Shown: piece after piece, positions 47,916-60,460 of the stretch
How positions within the stretch are numbered: position 1 is the first letter of the stretch
Layout of the letters: each line of letters opens with the position of its first letter
Source: Psammoneis japonica
Taxonomy: Eukaryota
Assembly: GCA_008632985.1 (NCBI GenBank)
Contig: QPGO01000099.1
Coordinates: forward strand, 165,679-229,678
Reading direction: 5' to 3'
DNA length: 64,000 bases
The notes under the pieces: generated by a model
The model's database searches: none
What the model saw: only the letters and a program-made list of their open reading frames with translations
Told to the model about the DNA's origin: nothing
Made by a program: the position numbers and the translations under genes

Positions 47916-48347
47916 TGCAGTGTGCACGCAGACAAAAGGTTGTTTTTGTCACGCCCTTTGTGACATTTAAAGGCTGTGACACGTCGCCGTGATGCATTGG
48001 CTCTTGTCAGTGGCTGTGTGTTGCACTCCTCCCCATGTGTCACGCGTCCATGCAGCTCTTTACTGACGTGTGCTGACACTGCACGGTTTTGGTGGAACAG
48101 TGTGGGCATGCACAAAGGAACACACAGAACTGCACAGAGTTTTGCGCGTTCGACAGTGATCAACGTTGCTGCAGACAACTCCCACTCAGGGTTTCGAACC
48201 CCTGGCCTCCTGCCTGGTGGTTGCGATGTGCCACTCCGCTGAGAATTCACAATGCAGTGTGCATGCAGACAAAAGGTTATTTTTGTCACGCCCTTTGTGA
48301 CATTTAAAGGCTGTGACACGTCGCCGTGATGCATTGACTCTTGTCAG
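47916..48347. repeat. 95-bp direct repeats (47916-48010, 48253-48347)
   Basis: tgcagtgtgca.gcagacaaaaggtt...gatgcattg.ctcttgtcag occurs twice with 3 mismatches. Confidence 0.9.
48179..48246 (-). other. tRNA-like/Pol III element (pseudo-tRNA or SINE head)
   Basis: Minus strand has CAGCGGAGTGG (A box if CA was TA) and GGTTCGAAACC (B box) in a T-arm stem CAGGG/CCCTG. There is no clean cloverleaf. Confidence 0.5.
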
Positions 48348-50018
48348 CAGCTGCACATTGCACATGCTTCTTGGTGCTCACTTCCTTTTCCACCAGTGTG
48401 GGGCCCAGCTCCCTGTGCATGTTCACTCAACGCCTGGCAGAAATTGAGCCTTTGGCAATTCCTCCAGCGCCAAATGCATTGCACATGACTTCTGCAGAAA
48501 AGCTGTGTTGGGCACCATCCAAAGTGAGCAATTTGCAGCTCTGTGGCATGCGCAAAGAGACTCAAACTCAACAAAAACAGAACAACATCCTTGATCGCTT
48601 CTGGACCTTGCTGCTTCCTGTTGCAACAGGTGTGCACACGAACAAAAAACAATGAGAGCCAACAAAGCCAGCAACACAAGACCTCGCCAACCACACTCAC
48701 CTTCCAAGTGTGAGGTCGATCCAAGCAGGCAGCATTTCCCAGCCAATGTTGCTTTCAAGCACTTCCCTCATCACTCGTCACCTTGCCAAACTCATCTGGA
48801 CTGCCGCTGGTCCAGGGAGGTGACTGAACATTGCCGGTTGCCTTGAATTCTTGTTGTGTGCTTGCTCACATTCTTCAAAGAGGCAGGGTTGCAATGGCAC
48901 TCTGGGACAAGCTCGTTTGCCTCTGCCGCCAAAGATCCAGTGCGCATGTCCCACATCTGGGGAATGGAACTGAAAAGCCTGCTGTCCGCAACATCAAAGT
49001 GCCCCCCTTGAAGCTGCCGGTGAAAAGGTTGATCTGTGCAAAAGATGTGCACCCCAGTGAGCCATCCGCCAGTGGCCAACTGGCAGAATCTGAGGAGCAC
49101 AGCAACAGCACCAAGAAGAAAACCAAGAAATCCAAGAAGCGCAATGATGATGATGAAAATCAACACTCCTTTTAGGATGAGTTGTGACAGAAGTTCCTGC
49201 AAGATGCAAAGGACTTCGACAAGGAACTGCCAGAGTTGCACAACACAGCAGATTGCAGCTGGTCACACCTCTGCTGTGGCTCTGGCTCTTGCTTGTTCTT
49301 GCTGATTTGCAATGCAGCTTGAACAATCATCACTTCACAGAAAGCATGGGCGTTGACCATCAGAGATGCACACACTGGTCCTGTGTCTCTCTCTGCTCTG
49401 CCGCTCAACAAGAGTGCCCAGAGTGATGTGGCTTCCAAACCAATCAATGTCATGCATTGGCAACCACATGAAGAAAGATTTGACCCATGTGTGTGTTTTG
49501 CCTGCCAGTCAAAAACAAGACACGCACACAGAGGGTGCAGGATTTGAAAATTTGCAGAAAAACTGTGAGGTGCGAAAAGCTGCAAACCAAAGTGGGCAGT
49601 GCTCAATGATCAGCTTGAACATGACACTTGTTGGAGGTGACACGTGGTTTGTGCCAGGATGTCAACAAGAAGTGGAGAGTGTGCTTGTCCAGCCAAACTG
49701 TTCAGCAGAGCTGCCAATTCTTGACACCACTCTCTGACAAGGCGCTAGGATCTGCAGTGCAAACAGCTTCAAAAGTTGCCAGAAGCTTGACCACACCCAC
49801 CTGTTTGGCTTCTGTCTGAACAAATGCATCCCCTCAATGCCCAGCTCTTGTTCTTTGCCAGCCCGTGCAGCAAACTGGGTGTGGGCATTTGGGTCTGCTC
49901 CCCACAGTTGACAGAAAGCTTCGCCATGTCTTTCAGGGGGGTCAGGAGGGTCAGGGTTGGGTTTTGAGGGTATTTTTTGGACAGGGAAATGTTTGCCCAA
50001 ACCTCATAATTTCGCAGC

Positions 50019-52160
50019 ATGTCTTCAGACGAAGACGAGGCCTCTCAAAGTTCACGTGGGAGCAAGCAGAAGAAGAAGAGGACTCGCAAAGGGCAGTGGG
50101 GCATCAACAAGCCCATCGCTCGGCCAACGAGCGAGGAGGACGCGAAAAAACATCTCGCGCGTCGCGCCTTACTGTATTTTTTCGCGCGACATTTTTCTGG
50201 CAACACACTGGGGGACGTCTTCGGAAGTGAGACTGTCGAAGAAAGTTACGTAGAATTTGTACTAGAACAGTTGTCAATCAGTGCGATTGGGTATTTGGGA
50301 CCTCTGGACAGATCCTACGTGTTTTCTTTTGCGTACAAATTGTACTGGGAAAACCCCCAAACGCACTGGCGATCAGACCGCCTTCGACGATCTCACTTCC
50401 AAAGACGCCCCCCAACACGTCATACCGCTCATCATCACCTGTGACCTTTGACAGCTGACAGCAGACAAGAGACAAACATGATACACCCCGAAGATAGGGA
50501 GGTTTTAGACTTGATCGTAGGCTTGCATAGATTCCGAGGTAGACATGATGAAGAAAAAATAGAATTATCCGAGGACGGTCGCGTGGTGAAACTGTGCTTG
50601 TCAGCAGGTGTAGAGCACTACTCACTTCACCCGTGGAAAGAGCTTCCTCGCGAAGTTACCCGACTTCCCAAGCTAGCAGAGCTTGTGATCACTGACTGTG
50701 CGAGACTGGAGGCTTTTCCAGAAGACATTGGTGGGCTTAGAAATTTGAAGCAATTGTCGTTAGTGCAGGTCATTGAAATTCCGAAGAACATCGGATTGCT
50801 TTCCAACGTGAACGATCTCACGTTTCACCTTAGCACGAAATTGAGACATCTTCCAGAAGAAATGAAACTGCTACGCAATCTTCGAAGTCTGAGCCTTTTA
50901 CAATGCTCAAATTTGGCTGAGTTCCCGGTAGAGGTAGTCAGCCATTGGCATTCGCTCGAGCGTCTGTTTCTCTGTGCCATGTACCAGGTTCCTCGCAATT
51001 TTGGGCTGCTCCAAAATCTCAAGCACTTGGAGCTTGTCAACTTCTCGGGAAGGAATACCAACAGAGATTAAGTATGCAAGGAACTTGAATAAGCTCGTGC
51101 TCAAAGGTTGCAACCATTTGGACGAGATCCCGGAAGAGATTTCTAACCTGGGATTGCTGCAACTCGAAATCTTGGAATGCGATCATATTCCACGAAGCTT
51201 TCACCTATTTCCTTCGTTGAAGTATCTGAAACTTTCCATGTGTTTTCAGACAGATTTGCCGACTGAGATTTCGCAGCTACGCAGTCTCAAACAAATTGAT
51301 TTGTCAGGGTGTCATCGATTGTTGCGCCTTCCCGACGAGATCGGTTTGCTTCCGAATCTAACAGAAATCGTCCTCTTTGAATGTCGTGAAATTGTGCGAC
51401 TACCAGATTGGATCACAAACATTCTAAGACGGCGTTCTTCATCTCATGTTATCCTTACTGGCTGCAGCAAATTGGAGGGTCCGAAAGGAATCACATTAGG
51501 CTGATGAATTGTTCCAGCATTCGGTCCATCCCGCCTGAAATTGGAAACTTTCCTTTGGTTACAGAATTGGATCTGTCTCATTGTGTCGGGATATCTGTTC
51601 TACCGCCAGAGATTGGAAATCTGATTAATTTGACAAAGCTCACCCTTCACTACTGCCGAAGGATCAAGACGATACCGGTGGAGATTGGAAGACTGGTAAA
51701 TCTACAGCATTTGAACGTCAGTTGCATGACCAGGCTATCCACATTACCGGATGAAGTTGGGCAGCTACCATCATTGACTACCCTAAACATGTCTTACAGC
51801 ACAAAGCTCGCAACGTTTCCTCGACAGCTTCACGACTTGACACAGCTTGAGAAGCTGAACGTTGTGGGTTGCTTACGTTTAGATTCATCAACGATTCGGG
51901 AATTTGTAGAACGGAGCTACTCGTTGCAGGAATTGTCTTTCACGCCTAGCTCTGATCTTCCCGTCGATTTTTTTGAAATATACGCGGAACTTAACCGTGC
52001 TGGTCGATATCTGTTGGGATGCGACGAAAACATGAGCGCGCCCCTTGCGCTGTGGAATAAAGTGCTGGCTAAACTGGAAGAGCCGAGCCTTGTCTTTGGG
52101 TTTCTGAGAGCCAAGCCGGATCTATGCCAGCTTGCAACGAGCAATGCAGTAGTCGGATAG
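50019..52160 (+). pseudogene. Leucine-rich repeat protein in four consecutive frames (frameshifts or introns near 50.4, 51.05 and 51.49 kb)
   Basis: Repeated LP.EIG.L..L..L.L..C units and a C-terminal ELNRAGRYLL...PLALW..VL motif. Confidence 0.75.
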
Positions 52161-52250
52161 TGGAGGTTGATGCAAAGCAGGTTTTAAAATTAGCTACAGC
52201 CAATATCTAAATCATCCATGGCTTCCAGTGATTTGTCCGTTTACTTTTCT

Positions 52251-52400
52251 TCATACTTTCGCCGAATTTCGCATGGCTTCCTTGTGCTTCTTTCTCTTGA
52301 TATGATTTTCTAATTGGCCATTGCTTCTGAAATCCTTTCGACAAAATTCACACCGCCAAACGTCGGGTTCCGAGGACTCTTCCGAACTGTAGCCGCAGTC
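52251..52400 (-). pseudogene. Isolated C2H2 zinc-finger fragment (DNAJC21/Jjj1-like C-terminus)
   Basis: SSEESSEPDVWRCEFCRKDFRSNGQLENHIKRKKHKE, with no upstream coding context. Confidence 0.5.
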
Positions 52401-54189
52401 GCTTTCCAATTTGAATGCAAATCCAAATCTTGTTGGCGGAGCTGGGGCATTCCAGCATCGCAACACGACGGGAAAGATATAAACGCGACCCGAACAAAAA
52501 ATTAACAAAGCCAGCAACACAAGACCTCACCGATCGCGCTCACCTTCCAAGTATGAGATCGATCCAATCAGGCAGCATTTCCCAGCCAATGCTGCTCTCA
52601 AGCACTTCTCTCGTTGCTGTACCATATCATGACTAGCGACTCGACATTGCCAAAAGCCTTGACTGTCTCCCATCAACGGTCAACGCGACGGTATCAAAAA
52701 ACCTTTTCTTTCCATTGCTTGTCAGTATCAGCAAATCAGCAATAGGCGCGGCCTCTGGCTTTACTAGACTACCCATCATGGCACCATACGCTGATTTAAC
52801 TCTTCAAGGCCCAACGCGTTCTTGAAACATGGCAGCCGATTCGTCATCCTCTTCCTTCTTCATGGTCCTCATCGTGACTCCAGCTAGCATGTCCGTCCAT
52901 GGCAATGACAAGGCATCGTTCCTCGTATGCTCTTCTCGAAACACAAAGCATATCACGTCGCCCACCGGAGATTCTCGGCTTATTCTCGCGTCTCGCGTGG
53001 TTTCTTACGACCTTCTCTTCGTTGCTAGAGTGACGATATATTCGATTCTGTAGTGCTTGACACCGTGTGTATTCCCATACTCCGACAGAGCGCCTTCAGC
53101 ATCGGATGTATTGGCGGCGTGTTCTGCAATGGTCGAGTCACGCTTTGCTGAACCTTCGCAGCACTTCGAGTATAACCCCCTTACTTTCATCGTTTGAATC
53201 ATAACCGCTACAGCAACTTGGATGTTGAAAAGGCATAACATTGAAGAGCATATCTTCCATATTATTCGTATTGTCATAAGAAGACGTGTCCATCATACCA
53301 TGCACGGTCCTTGGCATCCGAGAGTGTATCGTACGCTTGCTGGACCAATCGAAATTTCTCTCCGGCTTCCTTTTCAGCTCCAATATTCTTGTCTGGATGA
53401 TACTTCAGAGCAAACTCGCTTTAATTTTTCTTTATGGCAGCATCTGTGTCATCTAGAGGAACTCCTAAAACATCGTTGTGGCGCTGAATCTCGGGCGACT
53501 TGTCGTCGCACATTTTCTTTTCGTTGTTTCCTTCGCTGCTGCTACATGGCTGCTACTCTTGACCAAACGACACTGTATGAATCGTAGTATTGTTGCCTTA
53601 TTCACCAGTATGTTGAAGAATAGAGACGGCAATTGAGACGTTGGGCCTTGCACTCGAATTCATTGTCCATTGCAACCGCGGCAGCCGACAACGCTAACGG
53701 GTAGCAAAAGTAGCAACAGCACTTGACAACGCACCGCCGAAAGCGGAATGAATCATCCATCATCCGAGCGCGACTGAAAAATGGCGGGAAAACCAAAAAC
53801 GCGAACCAAAACACGAGCTGACATCATCAGTTCCGCAGGTAACACCCGGTACTACTTTCAACTTCGCCAACTTGCACAAGTAGCTCTATGATATCGCATC
53901 ACAGCTCTCGCTCGTTGTTGCTGATTTGTTATGCGGCTCGAACGATCATGTCATAGAAAACAAACGACAACGCAACAACGGTACAGTGTGTTGTGATGCC
54001 GTTGATCTCCTTCCGGCTCTTTCATTTTTCGCGCACAAAAAGACGCAGAAAAAGTGCGCGAGCGAGGCGAGGCAGTGACTCAGTCCCTTTCTGGGCCGAG
54101 AATGCTTTCTCATTGCCTTGTTGTCTCAGGAGAAACGTTGTGGCCAGTACGCGGACGACTACAATAGACAACGTTTAATAAGAATCAAG

Positions 54190-55472
54190 ATGACAAAGGT
54201 TACAACTCTTTTGATCCTTGTCGCGTTTCTAGTGGTTTCCAACGAGGCCTTTGCTCCTGCAAAACACGGCAATAAGAAAGCCACGTCCTTATTGCGGTCA
54301 ACCGCGGCACCGAGTGCCGACCAAGAGCGAACAGCACAGAAAAAAGCTTTGCTGGGTTTGTTGGGAAAGAAACCAAACGAATCAAAAGAATATGTAGATC
54401 CAGTCTTGGCCGACCCAGATACCAAGGAGGAAATCCGGATAAGTGTCGACGAATCATCTTCCTCTTCGAGTACTCTGATCTTGGGAGGCAATGACAAGAA
54501 AAACAAGAACGCCAAGATTACCATGCGATCCCCCACGGACGAATACGAGGGAACAAGTGGCACATTTCTAAATTTGTTGGAAGCTGTGGATGGAGAAAAC
54601 GATTCCGAGGATGATGCTGTTGCACCTGACTTTGCCGACGCATTGAACAAGTTGCTCCCGTTTGTTCCTCCTCCGTTGCGTACCGTGTTGTCGAGTGGCG
54701 ACGATAGCTACATCCCCATGAGAGACTTGTTTACATCTCCTGCCGTCTCGTATGCCTATGAACGCGGCTGGAGACAGGGCTTTGCTCGAGCCGGTTTTCC
54801 TGGACCGGATGTGGAGTTTCAAATGGCCCAAGACTACTTTCGTCCCGCTGTGGCCATGACTAACTACTCCACCATTGTCGACATGAGTTGTGCGACCGGT
54901 AAGTACATGCATGATTGAAGATTGCAGATGTGTTGTTGTTACCTTATAATCTTACAAGACTATCCTCCTTCGACCATCTTACTGCAGGTCTCTTTACAAG
55001 ACGGTTTGCCAAGAGTGACGAGTACAGTCGCGTCTTGGGCTGCGATTACTCCGAGTCCATGCTGACCGAAGCCCGTCGACGACTGGGCGCAGATCCAGAT
55101 TTACAGTCAAAACGATTGGACTTGGTCCGTTGCGATGTGGGTCGCATACCCATGAAATCCAACAGCATTGACGCACTGCACGCCGGTGCCGCCATGCACT
55201 GCTGGCCCGATTTGACGGCAGCCACCAAGGAGATTTATCGTGTCCTTAAACCAAAGGGACGGTACTTTGCAACCACATTTCTATCGTCGTACTTTTCGGT
55301 ATTGCAGCTGGGGGATTCAAACGACGGCATGGCGCCATCGCAAATGGCATTTCAGTATTTTCAGAGTGCGGACCAACTTCGCGATTTAATGATTGACGCT
55401 GGCTTTGACAGCGACAAGGTTCGCGTCGAAGTCATTGGTCCCGCGTGTGTAGTGATTCGATGCGAAAAGTAA
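54190..55472 (+). CDS. Plastid-targeted class I SAM methyltransferase (Methyltransf_11); intron 54899-54988
   Basis: Signal peptide plus NEAFAP, VSYAYERGWRQGF..GFPGPD.EF, VDMSCATG|LFTRRF, DYSESML and HAGAAMHCWP. Confidence 0.9.
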
Positions 55473-55498
55473 ACTCGATCAAATAGAGTACTGTATTA

Positions 55499-55587
55499 CG
55501 GACCAATTTCGCGATTTAATGATTGACAGTGACAAGGTTCGCGTCGAAAGTCATGGGAACCGTGTGTGTAGTGATTCGATGCGAAAA
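55499..55587 (+). repeat. Degenerate tandem copy of the methyltransferase 3' end (55369-55468)
   Basis: cggaccaa.ttcgcgatttaatgattgac...gacaaggttcgcgtcgaa..gtgtgtagtgattcgatgcgaaaa is repeated. Confidence 0.85.
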
Positions 55588-55761
55588 ACAAGGTCGATGA
55601 AACATCGCATGACGACCATAAACTAGAGAAAAAGCTTAAAAAAAAGGAGGCAAAGTCGAACTTTTAGAAAAAAATCATTATCCTGTACAGTATCATTCGT
55701 TCAATGCCAATTCCCGATTCGTGTCATATTTTTTGGTAAGTCGTACTCCCAATCATAGTGC

Positions 55762-56362
55762 TTAGAGAATCCCGCCACCAGAATGGAGAGCCTGAATATG
55801 TTGTATGGACGAGGGGAAAGTGAGAAGATTAGCTTTCTGTCGATTCTTAACTGAACCTTTTTCATTTCAGCAACTCTTTCTCGGCGTAGCTTACCTGATA
55901 TTCATTGAAATATTTCATTCCTACAGTTCCCAACAATCCTAGGAAAAATGCACCTCCATACAAGAAGGGGCCAACTCCCAAATCATCGGCTTGTGCTGCC
56001 GCATAACGTCTCATTTCGAGAAATTTCTGACTCCTCTCACGATCACTTAGAAAATCGTCCACTTCGGCTTCGGCAAATTCTTGTGTCCGTCCCATGGATA
56101 TGTATTTGAGAATCATTTCCTGCCGGACTTCTTGAACTTCTTCCGACTTGAGTTGCTCTTGCCACAGAGCTTCTTCATCAACAAGGACTTCGTTGTTGGT
56201 GCTTTCAGGTGCAGAGGCATTTTCCATGAACAAAGCGGGACCAGCACTACTTGATCGTTTTGCTTGATTTGAAAAGCTTACCCGAGAAGACGGAGCTACT
56301 GTAAAACCGTTGGAGGAACCCAACAACAATGCAAACGCCGTAATCAAACCAATGCCAGTCAT
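55762..56362 (-). CDS. Small plastid-targeted membrane protein of unknown function; intron ~55792-55894
   Basis: Signal peptide plus NGFTVAP and a C-terminal TM helix. The gtaagc..ttcag intron gives ALHSGGGIL*. Confidence 0.7.
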
Positions 56363-56709
56363 TCTGAACCGTATCAAGCAACCAATGTCAACAACAACCC
56401 AAACCGCAATGGCAAGTTTGCCTCATTTTTTCTCGCGAAACCAAGCCATCTGTCTTTTTGTCGTAGAATTCTACGTGGAGTTCAGTACTTGCGTCACGCA
56501 CCTTTTGCTTCAACGTTATGCCACCCGCGCTTTTCTCGCGCGAAAAGAATGCGCGATCTTTTCGAACCCATCGACTCGTCAAATCATCACGCGCAACACG
56601 CATCACGATCGCTTCTCGCATCAATTTTTCTGCACCGCATCAACGATGACGTAGGATCGAGCCCCGCCGAGGACTCATAGAGCTACGCCGTCACTGATTG
56701 AAGCTCCCA

Positions 56710-59700
56710 GCCACAATATGATGTCATCTGCAGAGGTCAATGTTCAAGATCGACGAGGCTTTGAGTCGCCCGTTTTGTGTGTTTGGCGCGGTTCTCATGA
56801 TGGCCAGCATCCGGCATTCTTCTCTCTGTGACTCTGCATTTGCACGTTTGGGTGTCAGCGCAATGGTTTTTCTCTTGGGATTTAAAACATGGTGCACTTC
56901 CATGCAAATCCATCAAGCGCCTCGTGATGGTGCACCTCATTTTGTGGGGTGCAAAAGGTGCGGTGGCACAGAACAACCAGAGCCACAAGCACTGCTTTGC
57001 ATCGGCGACTCTCCGACTCTTCTTGAAAGGCTCAATCAAGAAAGCAACACTTCAACACAAGACAATTTTGATGGTCAACATCCATTGCATGTCACAAATG
57101 CCGGTCAGAACAGCGTTGTTTGTTCTTGGACTGTGAAGCATGAAGAAAGACTGGGTGCAGTTCTGAGTGCATGCTCTCCACTCTCCGGACTGCTTCTTGC
57201 TGTGAATTGGAGCTGACAATTTATGATCCATCTGCAAGGCATTGTGGGGATGCAAGAACCAACCATGGATGACCTCTTGCTCCGTGTTGCAGCCATGTTG
57301 AGCGGCCATGTTGAGCGGCACGGTGCAACACGAAAACAGCAAGTGCGCTGGGTGCAGTTTGTGCCCTGCCTCCCATGTGGTTGCAAAGAAAGCAGATCGG
57401 CTGACCAAGTTTGCAAGGCAACAAGAAACTCAGAAAAAAGCAATCTTTCAATGTCTTGAGAAGAATGAAGGATGTGCACTTGTCAAATCCAAGGATCTCC
57501 AGCTCATGGTGCCCGAGGTTGCAGCTTTGCGAGAGTGGATCAATGCCTCTGGCAATGGGATGCTGTGCATGAATCAGTTCTTTCGTGCCCATCTTCCAAA
57601 AGAGATCAGTTGTTTCTGAAGAACCTGTGTCAAGATGTGTCAAAAATTGAGTGTCAGAATGACACCACACTCCACATTTCTCAAGCGGAGCTCTGCACGA
57701 GACGGGCTCCAGCCCCAGGTGGGACTCCGTGTGACATTGGGGGCCCGCAGAATTCCACGTGCAAGCTCCACAGTAAATTTGTGCTGCAATGAAAACATGA
57801 ATGATTGCCAACAGAAAAAGAGGCAACCTCACAAGTGCATCTCCTCCTCCATGCTCAAAGCACATCATCAACAGTTTGCCCGGGTGCATTCTTCAGACAT
57901 TTGAGAATGTGCCCAGCGCATTTTCATTCTCATGAATGTTGAAAATAGAAAGCCTTTGGCTTCGCAAAACAGGGAGCATGAAACAATTTTGTAGAATGCA
58001 ACATGCAGAAATGCACGTGCGCAACATGCGATGTGATCCAAAAAACTGTTGATGTCACAGTGCAGCAGTGCGAGGTCCCACCTGGAGCTGGAGTGAGTCA
58101 GCTCTCCTCTTTGACACGCCGGTTGTGTTTCAGGCAGCGCGTGGGTCTTTTCTTCTTTTTGTTGTCACGGCATTTCTTTTGACATTTGTTGTTGCAAAGC
58201 AATCCCAAAAACTGTTGATGTCACAGTCATGCAGCAGTGCGAGGTCCCACCCAGAGCTGGAGCGTGTCACGAGCAAGTCCGAGGACAAGAGATCAATGTG
58301 CACATTTTGGTGCATGAAAGATCCTGCACAGCTGGTGGAGAAACAAGTTTCAAGCACAGTCAGAAGTGGCAATTTCATCGATTCAAAAAACTTGTCTTCT
58401 CATTTGGATGTTTTGATCTTGCCTTTCGGAGTTGCCAACAGGAAAGATGGAAACTCAGTGACTTGTTGCATTCCTCTGGGCGATGTTTGAAAACGGATCG
58501 GAGTGTCAATGCAACATGGCAGTCACCATGTTTGGTGATCTGTGTCCAGCACGAATGTTTCTCCAGAAGCCCCTGTGCTTGGTGATCTGTGTCCAGCACG
58601 AATGTTTCTCCAGAAGCCCCTTGATGGGTTGTTGACCACTCTGATTCTGAGGTCAATGTTGCCACAGGGCAAAGTGCATGACTGCACCTGTTTGTGATTG
58701 ACATGAGGGGTGAAGAAGGCAGCTCCATTGTTCCACCCACCGCAAAGTTTGAGCTCACCCATCATGGGGAGGAACCAACCCCTTGACCAAATTTGAGCTC
58801 AGGTGCGCGCTCCCAGCCAAGAGTTGTTGCACTTGCACAACCTTCTGCAGAAGAACCAGCTGTTGCTCACCTTGTTCCATCATCAGGAGAGACTGAATCT
58901 TGTGGGTGCAGCAGGCTCCAGCTCCTCCAACGAGACGAAGTGGTCGCGACTCGCCGTTTGCAGCTGCAAAAAAGTTTTCAGTGTTGCAAGAGGATCAGGT
59001 GCATCTTGCAGCCTTGAAAATGATCAGGTGCATCTTGCAGCCTTGAAAATGATTGGATTTCCATTGCATGACACCAAACAAGGCACCCCAGTTTGTCAAC
59101 TTCACCAAGAAGCTTCCTGCATGGATGGAAGAATGGAGGGATGCAGCAAAAGAGGAGCTTGAGGACATTGGCACAGAAAAAGAGTTTGATTTTGGCCCAG
59201 ATGCTCAACTGCGAACTGATGGGCACTCACTCAATGAAAAGAGCAAACTTTGCAAGTTGCTTGCCGGGAATGGCAAGTGCAAACTGTCCGCCGGTGGAAT
59301 TGCGGCAATCCGGCAAATGTGCACAAGCTGTGTGATGGAATCTCTGCCAAATTTCCACCCAGAAATGGATCCATTGGCCGGCATGCATGCATCACAAGGT
59401 GTGATGTCGCACCTCTGCAAGGCAACATGCAAGAAGATTCATGAACTGGAAGAGAAGGGTCCGTGGCATCAACGTGCTGACACTGTCAAAGCCAACACTG
59501 TCAAAGAACAAGCTGAGCAAGAACTTCAAAAAGACCAAGCTGGCAAGAGAAAGCTCTGCAGAAAGAGAGCAGCAACTTTGACAAAGCAGTGTGGCAGTTT
59601 GAGAACTGGGCCCATGTGGAGAAGAAGAAAGAGCAGCTGTGGGTCCCAACCCTTGAGCAAATCCAAACTGGCACAGCAGGCGTGCTCCTGATGAGCGCAC

Positions 59701-60460
59701 AGACTGTCGCTGCGGCACTGTCGCGGGGAATTTGACCAAATCTAGCACCAACGATGGCGGTGATTGTGACACCAAGAAACATGGTCAATTGGCATCTGTT
59801 GGACAAGCATCCAAACACGTTCTCCACGATTTTGATTTTGTGGCGAGCTGTTGTTGACAAACACACCGATTCAGACGCCATGTGTCGAGTCTTCATCAAC
59901 CACTCATTCGCCGGATTTTTGACACCCACTGAGAGTGAAAGCCAGCGGACATGCAAAGGCAAGCAACGCAGAATCAAGGTGGTGTTGTCATTGTGCCAAA
60001 GTCTCGCTGCTTGTTGTCTCACTCAACTGTCGTGCAGACGCAGCCAATTTTCACAGCGTCAGTCATCGTGTGAGCTCATCGAGGAATCCAATGTTGCAGT
60101 CCCGTCGTCAAACCCGTTTTGGCAATGTCAATGACAAGAGGAATGTTTTTAAAGACTTCGCAACAAAGCAACTGCAATGCGGCCAGCCAAGTGTTTTTGA
60201 GTGGGAGAGGGTGGGGCGTGGGTCGGATTTTGGAGCAAAAATGCAGAGTGAAGTTGGCGTGCTGTTGAAAAGAAGCAGTCAAATGACGTTGACAAAGTCA
60301 CACATTGATGACACTCTCCTGCAGAAGAACAAATTTGTGTGATGGAAGTGCCCCCTTGCTTGTGTGTGCTCCAGATTGGTCGCAAAAACACAAACGTCAA
60401 ATCTGAAAACAGGAGTGTGTTGCTTGCAATGAGTTTTTATGGATCACTTGGCCCATCCAC
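56710..60460. mobile_element. TpA-depleted degenerate block (ankyrin-like gene relic, MITE, TE fragments, small tandem duplications)
   Basis: Composition, a DGQHPLHV ankyrin-like motif at ~57070, and tandem duplications at ~58532-58620 and ~58994-59052. Confidence 0.6.
57701..58268 (-). mobile_element. Heavily mutated relative of the 390-bp MITE with duplicated end; 4-bp TSD ACGA
   Basis: acga|gacgggctccagccccaggtgggactccgtgtgacattgg ... gaggtcccacccagagctggagcgtgtc|acga, with an extra internal end at ~58040-58099. Confidence 0.8.

Larger units (their letters stand above)
47090..49960. mobile_element. TpA-depleted degenerate block containing direct repeats, a tRNA-like element and a copy of the 52.5-54 kb segment
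   Basis: Composition. 48660-48770 matches 52505-52610 and 49280-49345 matches ~53905-53960. Confidence 0.65.

Noticed and set aside
59750..59900. Harbinger-like motif (IVENVFGCLSNR) on the minus strand
   Set aside because: It is a single short motif in heavily mutated DNA with no other DDE_Tnp_4 motifs found, which is insufficient for a call.
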